Below are positions 12,791-24,912 of a stretch of DNA of 64,000 bases, piece by piece. The translations under genes and the position numbers were made by a program. The DNA comes from Vicugna vicugna (lineage: Eukaryota). Under the pieces are notes generated by a model. The model saw nothing but the letters and a program-made list of their open reading frames with translations, was not told where the DNA came from and did no database searches. Numbering within the stretch: position 1 is the stretch's first letter; the number at the start of each line of letters is the position of its first letter. The stretch covers positions 2,572,865 through 2,636,864 of the forward strand of contig MU061538.1 in assembly GCA_013265495.1 (NCBI GenBank). The letters are read 5' to 3'.

Positions 12791-14611
12791 AAAGGCGCAC
12801 TGACACGGAGCTTTGAGACAAGAATAACCCGGCACGACCGTGAACGGTATCCCTCAGGCTGTGCACACTGGAGGCTCAACAAATGTCTGTACTGTGAGTG
12901 AAGACGTGGCATTTTAAGAAGAAACGTCATTGTGTGGAATAAGCCTTCCGATCTTCAAGAGGAATTCTTGCATTTTTCTTTACCGAAGGTGGTTTCTGAC
13001 GTCGCCTTACTGCTTGGCTGAAACGGCTTCAGTCGAGATACACGATCCGTCATGAGCTGCTGGTCTGGGAAGAAGTCCGCTCCTGTCCCTGTGTTTCCTT
13101 GAGGTGCAGCCGTCCGCACGCAGAGCACCCGCTTTCCCTGAACGGACATCCTCCCAGGAGATACCAATGGTTCTGACATTACAATGTACTTCCCCTCAGC
13201 AACAGTCTGCACATTTTCTCCCCTCGATTAATATTAGAAAACCCTTTCTGCATCTTCAGTATTTTTAAGTGGGTTGAATCAGATTTTCTTCGGGGAGTAA
13301 TTCTACCAAAGATGGTTTTTAATGCAAAAATGCAGGCGCGTCCGTTCTTTCCGGATCGGGTCCTATTTTGCAGAATACTATTTAATTCAATAAACTTGTC
13401 ATTTTGGGAACCGCAGCATCCTACAGCCTAGCTCGGCCTCCCTTACCTCTCAGCAAACAGTCTCTGTAAAGGGTGGGATCTATTCCACACTGAAGCTCAA
13501 TAAAATGTTTATTTTTTAAAGAAAAAGGTATCGTTACACCAGAAAGAAACGGAGAGAATTTAAACAGCAGGTTACATGTTCCTGAGGCGAGAGGGGACCG
13601 GATGGCATGTGCACAGGTCAGGGGAGGGGGTGGCAAAGATGGAGACATCTCTCTTGTCCCTGGGACAGAGGCTCCCGGGGCCTGCCCGAGTCCTCACCCA
13701 GGGAACTCTGAGCCCCTTGCTCACTGACCGGCGCAGGGTCTGTATCTGTAACACCAGCCAGCTAATGTTTCCTCTGGTCTCCTCTAAACCCCAGAGCGTA
13801 GGATTCTAGGATTCCTGTGTTTCTGCCTCTCACCAGAAGCTCATCCTGACTGATCTGATTTAGAATTTATGGCCCATTTCAATTCTCGCCTGTAACACAG
13901 ACTTGGCCCTACCGCTCTCCTTTGATTCCCTCAGAGCATTGGACAAGAAAATGTTCGACTCCGGAAAGCTGAAGGTTTATTCCTTCTAAGGATGAGCATG
14001 ACCATATGAGAAAAGAGTCAATTCTCTTTAAATTGATTTTTGGTATGTAAATTCAGTCAGTTCTTTAATAAAGATCTTTAATTGCACATGAACTCCAAAT
14101 CTTAGTGTCATTATCTTTGGGAAAACAGGTTTTCCCAGGTTATAAAGCAGTAGCATTCACATCGACTGGTACCTGCTCTAAGCATAAACATCACTTACTG
14201 TCATTAGAGTAAGTGCAGTCGGTGCCCAGATTAATACTCCCTGTGCATGAGAAGATAAGTTTTTTTTAATGAGATGGAACACATCCTCCTGAAGTATTCT
14301 CTGCATTACTGCAATTGTGCTGTAAATGTGCAAAGCCTTAGGACTTCATCTTTCAATTATATATGATATGCAACACTTGCTCCCAACACCTGCAGAGAAA
14401 TTTCCCGTATACTCAAAGAAACTGTGCTTTCATCTTATTAAATTAGTGGGGCTTCAATTTCACATTATCTTTAGCCGCTCAGCCTTTAGAATTACCAGTT
14501 TATTGCTTCTGCTTGGCTATACTAAAAGTTGAAACCTAAAGTCATTTTCTGCTTTATTGACTTGCAGGAGGGAAAAATGAAATTACCCCGGTCATTAAAG
14601 AGAGTACTTAC

Positions 14612-14706
14612 AATTTTTTTGCCTTCTATTAACACTGTAGAAATATTTGTTTCAACATTCCGCAGTATCACATTTCCCTTCTGTTCTCTGTAGATGAATT
14701 CTTTAT
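14612..14706 (-). CDS. DPP6: DPP6 coding exon (95 nt, phase 1-0; probably exon 4): (D)[31 protein letters not shown]
   Basis: Translated by hand on the minus strand. It continues in frame from the previous exon (G|AT = Asp). Acceptor TTGTAG (AG = 14707-14708); donor GTAAGT (14606-14611). An N-x-S sequon (NIS) is retained. Not in the ORF track. Confidence 0.96.
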
Positions 14707-15572
14707 CTACAAGAGAGGAAATAAAAGAGAAACATGAAATATCAAGGAACTCACTGGCTTTGGATGGACACTTATGTGAAAAGAACCGACTAGTTCCAAC
14801 AGAAATATACCCTGCGTTTCATCCAAGGGTCCTTTAAATACGGTGAAATAGATTCAGCGCCTTTCAATTTAACGTTATGGGAAGCTTCTCTCTGAACCTC
14901 TTCTCCTCCTCTGCACAGCAACACGTCATGCACAAGCACACACACATAAAAGTTTGGAACATTCTAGAATGTCCTTGAGTGGGACACACAGAGTGCGCTC
15001 ACAGAGCAGAGTAAGAAACCTGCTACCACAGGGGTAGAAGATGGTTGGTACTAAAGGGCCTGATTTGCTGTATCTGAAACTCTGGGTAAGGACACACACA
15101 GAAACCTGCACCCGCATTGTGCAGAACCGTTGTCACTGTCCCCAGCGTCGTTTGCTAATCCCGGAGGAACTGGCAGTTTTGCTGTCATGCATGTCTTTGA
15201 ATCTGTACCTCATATCCTCAGTGACACAGGTCCTTTGTTTAATCAACTGAGATGTCAAAGATCCCTGTGGAAAGTTAACGGAGCGCTTCCACTGAATGGC
15301 ATGCGTGTACAGGCATGGAGGCACGTCTCTGCGTGTGTGTGCATGTGTGTGGTGTGTATACTTCCTACAAGCCAAAGGGTAAAGGCTCTGAAAGGACTGT
15401 AGGTGGGGAGGCAGGGCACACAATAGGGAGGAGAAAAAATACTGCCTTTCTGAGTGAAGGCGGTAACATTGAGCCAGTGTGAAGGTAAAGGCATTTCTCA
15501 CTATAATCAGTCAATCGGTGAAAAACACTGTGCAGACTGGATTGATTCTAATGGTATCATCATTCCTCTTCT

Positions 15573-16430
15573 TTATTTTATTTTTTAACATTTTTATTGA
15601 TTTATAATCATTTTACAATGTTGTGTCAAATTCCAGTGTAGAGCACGAAAAGAAGAGGTAAATGTGTCACTATATGCCGATGACATGTTACTATATATAG
15701 AAAACCCTAAAAGGTCCACACAAAAACTGCTAGAGCTGATTGAAGAATTCAGCAAGGTAGCAGGTTACAAGATTAACGTTCAAAAATCAGTTGCATTTCT
15801 TTACACTAACAATGAATCAACAGAAAAAGAAAGTAAAGAAACAATCCCCTTTAAAATAGCACCCAAAGTAATAAAATACCTAGGAATAAACCTAACCAAG
15901 CAGGTGAAAGAATTATACACAGAAAACTATAAATCACTGATGAAGGAAATTAAAGAAGACTTTAAAAAATGGAAAGATATCCCATGCTCCTGGATTGGAA
16001 GAATCAATGTTGTTAAAATGGTCACACTGCCCAAGGCAATCTACAGATGTAATACAATCCCTATCCAACTACCCAGGACATATTTCACAGAACTAGAACA
16101 AATCATACCAAAATTATATGGAACCATCAAAGACCTCGAACTGCCAAAGCATTACTGAAGAGAAAGAAAGAGGCTGGAGGAATAACTCTTCCAGACTTCA
16201 GACAATACTACAGAGCTACAGTCATCAAGACAGCATGGTATTGGTATCAAAACAGACATATGGACCAATGGAACAGAATAGAGAGCCCAGAAATGAACCC
16301 ACAAACTTTTGGTCAACTCATCTTCAACAAAGGAGGCAAGGATATACAATGGAATAAAGACAGTCTCTTCAGCAAATGGTGCTGGGAAAACTGGACAGCA
16401 GCACGTAAAGCAATGAAGCTAGAACACTCC
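15573..16430. mobile_element. 5'-inverted, truncated young L1 insertion: antisense 3' end (15573-15646) joined to a sense ORF2 reverse-transcriptase fragment (15647-16430)
   Basis: ORF 15664..16158 contains [15 protein letters not shown]...[12 protein letters not shown]...KYLGINL...[13 protein letters not shown]. After a frameshift near 16110 it continues [10 protein letters not shown]...[13 protein letters not shown] tcctcttct at 15564-15572 and 16428-16436. Confidence 0.92.
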
Positions 16431-16436
16431 TCTTCT

Positions 16437-19270
16437 GTTTTTAATCTTCTTCACAGAATTACGTTTGTTTCTGTTTTCTTTCTTCTATTTGCTTTGGCTT
16501 TGATTTTCTCTTTCTAGTTTGTTAAGGTGAAAGTTTAGACCTTTGGTTTGATTCCCCATCTTTTTACTAGAACTATTAAAGCCAGAAATGTCCCTCTGTG
16601 GATGGTGTTGGCTGCGTCTCACAGATTCTGATGGGCTGGATCATGGTATTATTCAGTTCAAATTATTTCTAATTTTCCTTGTAAAGTCTGCTTGGCCCAA
16701 TGATTATTCATAAACATGTTTAATTTCCAAATACGTAAAGTTATTCTGGCCCTCTTATTTTTACTGATTTTCAATTCAAGTCCATTAGATTAAAGAATAT
16801 ACTGTACATGGTTTCAGTCTTTTAAAACTCACTAAGACATTTTGTGGCCCACAGTGTGGTCTGTTCTGGTAAAGCTCTGGACGCACATTCAGTGACGTTA
16901 TTGATATGGATGCGTTTGGTTTATCATCTTTTTCTATTTTTATTTTTAGTTTGTTTTTACTTGCCTCCTCTACTTCCTACTTCCTTCTTTCTTGTCTCTT
17001 GACTTCCATGTTGTGTTGGAGTGTTTTTTAGCATTTTGATTTCCCTATTTTCAGCTGTATTCTTTGCCTCCCTTTTAGTGGCTGTCTCAGGGATTATAAC
17101 ATACATTCACCGTATACTTTCAGCATCCACAGAGAGTTACTAATGTACCACTTCTCATGAAATATGGAGACCTGTCAAGTTTTCGGGTCCACACCCAGAC
17201 CCATGCAGGGATAGCAGTGCTGTGCATTACAGTGACGGCATGTATATATTCCACAACACTATAATTATTCTTTATAACACTATTATTATTTACAAAGAAA
17301 TAAAGAAGAAAAAGTCAAGACAAAAACTGCCTTTTGCACTATTATCCACGATTTACCATTTCTGATGCTTTTTATTCTTTATCAGAAATATGTGTCCCGT
17401 GGGCTCGCATTTTCCTCCTTGAAGAACTTCCTTTAGGGTTTCTGATTATATGAATTGGCTGACAACCAATTCTTCTAACTTTGTTTTATCTGAAAGTCTT
17501 CTTACTTAATCTTCATTCTTGAGGGCTATTTCTCTTAATATAGATTTCTAGGTTAATCTGTTTTCGTTTTCCTCTTAACATTTTGAGGTTCTGTTCCACT
17601 CTCGTCTGGTCACCATGGCTTCTAACGAGAAGCTGGCTATTAATTGAATTATTTCCCTGCATGTCATTTGTGTGCACTTTTCTTTTGCTGCTCCCAAGAG
17701 TTACTTGCTGTCTTTGGTTTGCAGCAGTCTGACTGCAGTGCAATTCAGGTGGGGCTTCTTCGTGTCTCTGATGTTTGCTGAGCATCTAGTATCTGCAGAC
17801 TTATGTCTTCATCAAACCTTCAGCCATTAATTTGCCAAATACCTTTTCTCCTCCTTCATCTGTCTCCTTGCTTCCTGGGATCCCCGTTTCCCATGGTCTG
17901 GGCAGCCTGACGTTATCTAAGTCTCTGAGGCTCTGTTCATTAAAAAACAAATTTCTCTCTTTTGACCCTGAATCATTTCTGTTGACTACCATCCAAGCCA
18001 TTTTGTCCTTCCTTTGTCATGACTCTTTGACTAACAAATATACACAGTGATGTTCTTAAATTTCCAAATGTGTATTCTTCTGTTTAGGAATTTCCACTTG
18101 GTTCTTTCCATCGTTTCTATTTTTCTGCTGAGATTTCTCTGCTGAGAGTTTCCTCTGTGGAACTCATGCTTGTGTTAACCCACCGAGGATATTTACAATA
18201 GTTCTTTTAAAATCCTCGTCTGTCAGTTCCAAAATCTGTTTCATTTCAGAGTCAGACTCAATTTTCTTTTATGTTGAGAGTATGTTCCATTCTTAAAAAA
18301 GAATTCTTTGTACATAAGGTAATTTCATGGTATATTCTAGACGTTATGGGTTACTTTTCGGACATGCTAGGTTTTGTTAGTATCCTCCACTGCTTTGCGA
18401 TAGCAGGCCATTTTTTCGCTAGGCCTGGATGGCCACCTCTGTCTTTCTGGGCAGCGTCTGCACCCTCAGCTCAGATAGTTTATCTGGATGAACTGCTGGG
18501 GTTCTCATCACGGAGGTTTGGTGCACGGTCAGTCAGATACTGCTGCACTTTTCTATTTTATTAATTCCTGTTCTACCTTAGCTCATCATCCCCCGTTCCT
18601 TAAGTTTGACACTTAGCTTATCAATTTCAGCATTTCTTCTTTTCTAATACAATCACAGCTGGTGCTTCAAATTTTCTTAATGACCTCTTTACTTAGGTCC
18701 ATACGTTTTAATGGGTGTTGTTTTCAGTACTGCTTAGTTCTGTGCATTTTTGGTGTCTCATAATTTCCTCTTCAACCTGTGAGTTATCTAGAAGCTCCAG
18801 TTTGCAAATGTGTGGGAAACATTCTCATCTACTATCATTTTGTTACTGGCTTGTGATTGCCTACGTGTGGCCAGAGAAGTCTGCAGTATTAATTCTTTGA
18901 GATTTGCCGAGACTGGTTTACGGCCTATAGACTGGTGTCTATTTTTGCAAAGGTTTCTTGAGAGAATGTGTGTCCTCTAATTGTAAACTGAGCTCCCCGT
19001 GTGGCACGTGAAGTAACCAGGTCAGCTGTAGCTTCACACTGACTCTCACTTAGCTACTATTTTGTGTGTCCGACCGTTCCTTAAGTAAGGCCGTTGGATG
19101 GAAAATTTCTAGGATGATGATGATGTTTTGAGTAACTCTCTCCTGGAGACCTCCCACATTTTGTTTCACATATTTCGTGACTGTTTCGTTAGATGGAAGC
19201 AAGTGTAGAATTTTCCTCTCTCCCTGGAGTTTTGCAACTTTTCTAACTACATTTTCTCTCTCTCATAATG
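16437..19270 (-). mobile_element. Mosaic of old L1M fragments (antisense ORF2/ORF1 region)
   Basis: Long T-rich tract with antisense L1 phrases (tgtttaatttccaaatac, tgtggcccacagtgtggtctgttctggtaaa, gaagaacttcctttagggtttct, gagatttgccgagactggtttacggccta). Boundaries approximate. Confidence 0.7.
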
Positions 19271-19439
19271 CTTCTTAAAAAAGGACAGGTCTTTTGCAGA
19301 ACAGGTGAAATAATAGTATATACAACCTCATCTTGCCCACGTGGGGAGTCAAGGAGGTGATACTCCTGAGACACGTGATGTGCCCACAACCGTCCCGGCT
19401 CCAGGGCTCGCCGCGCTGCCGTCACCACCCAGCAGAGGA

Positions 19440-20125
19440 GCTGGACTCACCCCGCCTCCCTTCTGTCTCCCATCTCCCGCATCTGACCCTCGCCTGCTCA
19501 TCCTTCCTCTGGAAGACTTCTCGAACCACCGCTTACTGCTCACGTCCAGTGTTCGGGCCGTCACCCTCGCCCTCACCGCTCCAGGGCCTCCCAGTGGGAC
19601 TCTGTCCCATCCTCTAAGCCACACTCCTTTAAAACAAATTTTTTTCTGCCTCCTTGGCAGAGACCACACAGGCCCGACTCCTTAGTCTGATACCCAAGGC
19701 CCGACGCGCTCTGGCCAGGGCTTCTCTCCCCTGTTAATCTTCTGTCCTCCCCCACTGAGCACCCCAACAATGGCAGCCTCTCCTGCCTCCCTGAAGCCTC
19801 CTGCCACCGCCCTTCCCTGTGATGCCCACTTCCCACTCCCGCCAGGTGAAATCTTCCTGGGCTCAGCATAAAAGGTCTCTCCTCTGTGAAGGTTTTCACG
19901 CCCCTGCCAGGTGGAATCAACCCCTCTCTGCTGACGCCGGGTGTTCATTCATCCTGCTTCATGCCCACCACAGCGGGCTGGTCACTTGTCACTACCACTC
20001 TCTGTCTGTCTCTCCCACCAGAGTCACGATTCCCAAGGGAGGAGGCCACTGCTCTTTGATTTCCTAACACTTAGCAAAATGACTGATATGTACGCAGGTG
20101 CTAAAATGATGTATGATGAATGAAC
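19440..20125 (+). mobile_element. Degenerate LINE-2 fragment
   Basis: C/T-rich L2-like body ending in an L2-type tail (caggtgctaaaatgatgtatgatgaatgaa). Confidence 0.5.
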
Positions 20126-21289
20126 ATACCCCCCAATTTTTTTTAGAATAAAGATTATCTATTAAAAAATGAATTAACCAATTCATATTCTCCCGAGTCT
20201 GATTCACCAAATATCCCACCTCCTTGAGAAACAACAGGCAGAGCTCCTTGGAAAGAGCGGGTGTTCTGCCAAAGGGGGTCCCATCAGAGGCGACGTGAAA
20301 GGACGTCGGGAGGAACATGGTGGTTTTCTCAAAGTACACCTTTTGCGCCTCCGTATGAGATTCTGTTATAGCTATTTTATCCCCATCACTGGGTTGCCAT
20401 AGGTGTCACAGGGGAGCGCCCCTGAGTGCTGAGGCCAGGGAGGGAGCTCAGTGGGGATTCTAGGGAACAGAGAGAGTGAGGTTCTCAGCAAGAGATGCCC
20501 AAAGAAATGCCTGCACACCCATTGGCTAGTTGTTTTTCATACATCAAGTAGCCAGGGCTCTGCATTTAAAATACATCATTAACTTAGCTGTTCTGTGTAC
20601 TTCAGTAATTCTTCAAAGCTCAGAAAGTTACAGGAAGAGAGAAAGGTTGCCTTGGTCGCACAAAGGGTGTGATTTCTTTCCTTTGTATTTTGTTTCCCCA
20701 AGTTGTGACACAACAACATACAGCAATGCAACAAATTGTTTTACTTACTCTTCCGAGAAATAAGATAAAATTCCAGTCATTTACTCTGAGGACCATATCA
20801 GCTAACTTTACGTTTTGCTTATTTTTGCTGAACAATAATGTATTTTTCAGACAGCTTCCAAAAGTCTTACCCGTCGTGAAAATTCTAAAAATGCATGCTA
20901 TTTCATGGCACTGCAAGATTTTGTAAAAATTGACATGGTTTAGTTCTCATTGCCAAGTATAATCTGTATACGCTGGTTGGCTTTGAAGAGCATATTAGTC
21001 CTTGGTTACCTAAATATTACAAAGAATCGATGTGCAGAAATAGATTTTAATTTCTGAAACAAACAGTGCACATCATCAATGGAGTAAATTTGATTTTCCC
21101 CTTGACTGTCTTCTTTTAATTTTAAATAGCTGCCAGTAGAAACAATGTTCTTTCCATTTACTGCTTACTTTACTTTGCTCAGATATAATTTATTTGTATT
21201 TATATATGTTCTGATGACACAGAGCATATATTTCCTAAAAAATATAAGAGCATATATTTCCTAAGACAGTCAACACCCGTATGATGGTT

Positions 21290-22270
21290 ATAAAATATAA
21301 ACCCCAAACACCCACACTACAGTCTAGAGATACCACTGCCCTTCGAATGAAGTTAGGGTTCCTTCTGTGAACAGTTGATTCCAAGTCTGGACAGGAACGA
21401 CACGGAAGACCAAGGAAACTACCCAAGTCTATTAGGACCAGGTCACAGTGACTCGGGAGCCACCTGGAGGAGGCTCCCACCCGCCAAGGACTGGACGTTT
21501 GAAGCAGCAGAAAGGATAGCTGCAGCGGATTAAAGCTCATGAGCGATGGATAAATTCAAGAACTTAGAACGATGACAGAGAGACAACCAGCTCGATTCAC
21601 CATCATCAGAGAACACTCATACATTAGCATGTTGTTTAAAAACTGGTAAAGAAACAGAAAAGCATCAAGACGTCCCTTCTTTCCCGTACAGACTGTATCT
21701 TTGGGTAACCCAGTCACAGACAAGGGCAAGTGCCACCCTGTGGAAATATTCCAGTTACCAGTGGGAAAGACTGATGGCGCTAGAACATCGCCATTCTGCA
21801 GCGTCTAGCGCTTTAAGGTTCCGACCAGCAGGGCTGCTGCACCACAGAAGGAGGGGCAATGAGCATCCACCGCCTCCTGAAGGAAGAAGGCGACACTGCT
21901 GATCACACGCTACCAAAACCAGAACAGAACCCCGCAAATCCAGTCAAGCTGCTAGACTGAACTGGAGCTCACAGGAAGCAGGGGACAGAGGAGCATCTGA
22001 CCTCTGCCATGAGGACATGAGCAGGAGACTCTGAGAAACTACGGGGAAAATGACCTGGTTTCTTCAAATCGTAATGACACTTATATGACAATGGGAAATG
22101 TAACCGCTAGTAAGATTACTAATGTTATTAACACAATTAGTAGGATAATTAATGCTAATGAGAAACTATTGCTTTTGGTTGGGGTTTATTTTTTCTCTTG
22201 GTGTGACACGGTCGTTCATGTTCTTCTATAAGGTAACAAGTCCGTATCTTTGAGAGCTGTCCGTGGTGCG
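21290..22270 (+). mobile_element. Old L1MC-type 3' UTR fragment
   Basis: agggttccttctgtgaacagttgattccaagtctggacagga; gggagccacctggaggaggctcccac; gtccgtatctttgagagc. Confidence 0.5.
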
Positions 22271-22964
22271 ACGTGGAGGATGAAATGAAACGGCGTTGGG
22301 GATCTGCTGCTGGCCGACAGGCGTGGGGGGACAGGAGGGCAGCACACAGCGGGGAGGGGCCTGGCCAACAGGAGATACGGCCGAAGGCGCGCTGTGGGCA
22401 CACAGGAGTTTACTTATTCTTTTTCCTTTTGTTTAAGTTTAAATGTCTCTGTAATTAAAAGTTAAAATTGATTCTGAACTTCAAGTAGTTAAAAACGATC
22501 ATGCAGCTATCATGAGACTAAAGCTACGCTGGCTCATTCTCACATTTTGTCCTTTCCTGGGCGTTGGCAGAAATTTGTACTTAACAAAACTCATCTGATG
22601 TTTTGGTTGCAGGCAGCTCGTGGTTGTGTTTTCATCATGTTTCTCCAGTGCCCACTAGGCCATAGAATAAAAGTTCTGCACTCTCTCCCTCCGAGGTCAG
22701 GGGCCAGGGAGAATGCGCCGTAACCAGTGGCGCCCTTCAGCCCTGACGCAGACACACGGCCTCCGGCCACGGGCGACTGCTCCTTCAGCTTCCAAACAGC
22801 AAGGCTTGGGTGGAGAGTCATAGGAAGAGACGACAGTAATTAGAAAGCTGGTACTAGGATTTACCTTACTTTAGGAAACATAAGCCAAATGCAAATACTT
22901 TCAGTTGGACCACATTCATAATCTAGAACGATGGCCACTAGCCACGCAGTCTTCCTAATATAAA

Positions 22965-23280
22965 ATTTTTTTATTCTTATTTTTTGTTGAAGTGTAGTTG
23001 GCTTACAATGTTAGTTTCAGGTGTACAGCAAGGAGATTCAGCTATCCATACACAGACAGATATAAACATATGTATTTTTTCAGTGTCTTTCCCATTACAG
23101 CTCACTGCAAGAAACTGAACGTAGTTCCCTGTGCTCTACAGCAGGTCCTTGCTGTTCATCTATTTTATGTGCAGTAATGTGTATCTGTGTATCCCATGCT
23201 CCTAATTTACACCTCCCCTCCCTTTCCCCCCGGCAACCACAGTTTTCTATGTCTGTGAGTCTATTTCTGGTTTGAATATA
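22965..23280 (-). mobile_element. L1 3' UTR end (cetartiodactyl type)
   Basis: ttgaagtgtagttggcttacaatgttagtttcaggtgtacagcaa...gttccctgtgctctacagcaggtcctt...tctatgtctgtgagtctatttctg. Confidence 0.85.
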
Positions 23281-23479
23281 TGAAAAAAACTCACAAGTCC
23301 GCAATGCTCCTCACGTCATGCTACTTTCCGCAGCTGGAGGTAACTATTACACCAACTCCTTACTCTGAAAACTGGTCATTAAAAGTCAACAACTAGGGTG
23401 AATCCTGCTTTTTCAGTAGTTTGGGGACCCAAACAGCCCGTTCATGAGGGAGAGCGCCTCCTCCCAGAAAACTACCCGC

Positions 23480-24300
23480 TCTTAAGTAAAAAAGGAAGGA
23501 CGAACTTGGAAAATCACCATTTTCAGAAGAAACGATGAATTTAGAAAATCTCCACTTCGCAGCCCCTGGTGAAACACCTGATTCAGGTGAGGACCCTCAG
23601 CGGGCGCTACACACACTCAGAGAAAAGGCGATGGGAGGTTCTCCTGGTGCCAAAATGTTACCCCAGAGGAAACACGCCAGTGTCAATGGGGAAAACGCAG
23701 ACTCATCGTGGAGGGGCTTGGTGGCCACCACCCTCCCACGAATCAGCCTCAGGGTCCCCAACAGTGGGGCAAACTGCAGTGGAGACACACACATGAATTG
23801 CTCTGTGAGGAAAGAATCAGGCAAACCCAGGACGTGGGAGGTTCCACTGTGCGCCGGCCTGACGGGGGACACCACCTCAGAGAACAAAGGGGACTTGCTT
23901 CGCAGTAACAGAACTTTAGAGACATAATCAAGGAGACTTACACCTCCTTAATTTGATCCCAACTGGGAGGAGAAAGCCACAGAAGATATTTTGAGAAGGA
24001 ATGAGGAAAACTGAATATGGCCTGGGAATCTGGTGATCTCAGGGATTTATTACCAGTTTTTCTTACAGCTGATAACGTTGCTGGCCTGTGGGAGGACATG
24101 CTTTTGGAGACACATGCTTCAGTCTTCAAGGGTGGAAGAAAATGACGTTACAATCCATGTTTAAATATTTTCAGCAAAAAAAATGATAGAGTGATAAAAG
24201 TGTTAAAATGATAAAAGTGCAGAAATTAACTGGTTTTATGGGTTTTCACAGCACTGTCTGTCTACTCTGCTCTAAGGGAAAAATGTTTCACAAAAAAGGA
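23480..24300 (+). mobile_element. Old L1MC-type 3' UTR fragment
   Basis: aacttggaaaatcaccattttcag; gaaagaatcaggcaaacccag; atttgatcccaactggga; tttggagacacatgcttcagtcttcaagggtg. Confidence 0.45.
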
Positions 24301-24304
24301 AGCA

Positions 24305-24912
24305 GACCACAAGACCCAGCAATCCCACTCCTGGGCATGCGCCCCCCAAACTGAACACTAAGTAGGAAAGACACTGCACCCACGTGTCACAGCAGCGTTA
24401 CTCACAACTGCCCAGACATGGAAGCAACGTAAGTGTCCATTAGCAGAGGGAGGACTGGATAAAGAAGGTGCGGCCTGTACACACTGGAATACTACTCAGC
24501 CACAAAAAGAAGGAAATGTGGCCACTTGCAACAACGTGGATGGACTTGGAGGGTATTACGCTCAGAGAAAGAAGTCAGAGAAAGAAAAATACTGTATGAT
24601 GTCACTTACATGTGGAATCTAAAAAGCCAAAACAAACTAGTGAATATAACAAAAAGAGAATCAGATGCACAGATACAGAGAACAAACTCGTGGAGACGAG
24701 TGGGGAGAGGGTGGGGAAGGGCTAAGAAGGGGCCGAGGGCTCAGAGGTACAAACCGCTGCGTGTGAAACAAGCTATGAGGGCGCCCTGCACGGCGCAGGG
24801 AGCGGGGCCTGTAGTTTACAACAACTATGAACGGATTATAACCTTTACAACTGACTCCCTGTGCTGCGCACCCATAATGCAGCACTGTGCATCAGCTATA
24901 CTTCAATAAAAA
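24305..24912 (+). mobile_element. L1 ORF2 end and 3' UTR
   Basis: gacccagcaatcccactcctgggcat; tggataaagaag; gaatactactcagccac; cacttacatgtggaatctaaaaa; terminal cttcaataaaaa. Confidence 0.85.

Larger units (their letters stand above)
4972..14611 (-). other. DPP6: DPP6 intron of 9640 bp between the 95-nt and 75-nt exons
   Basis: GT...AG boundaries; the protein is continuous across the junction (GKKI|ESLR). Confidence 0.9.

Noticed and set aside
12361..12930. 189-aa ORF over a CpG-rich patch, on the same strand as DPP6
   Set aside because: Low-complexity GC-driven composition and no DPP6 similarity. The flanking exons already join in frame without it.
15664..16517. Reverse transcriptase ORF as a functional or domesticated gene
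   Set aside because: It is a truncated, frameshifted L1 ORF2 fragment lacking the endonuclease and most RT motifs upstream of YADD.
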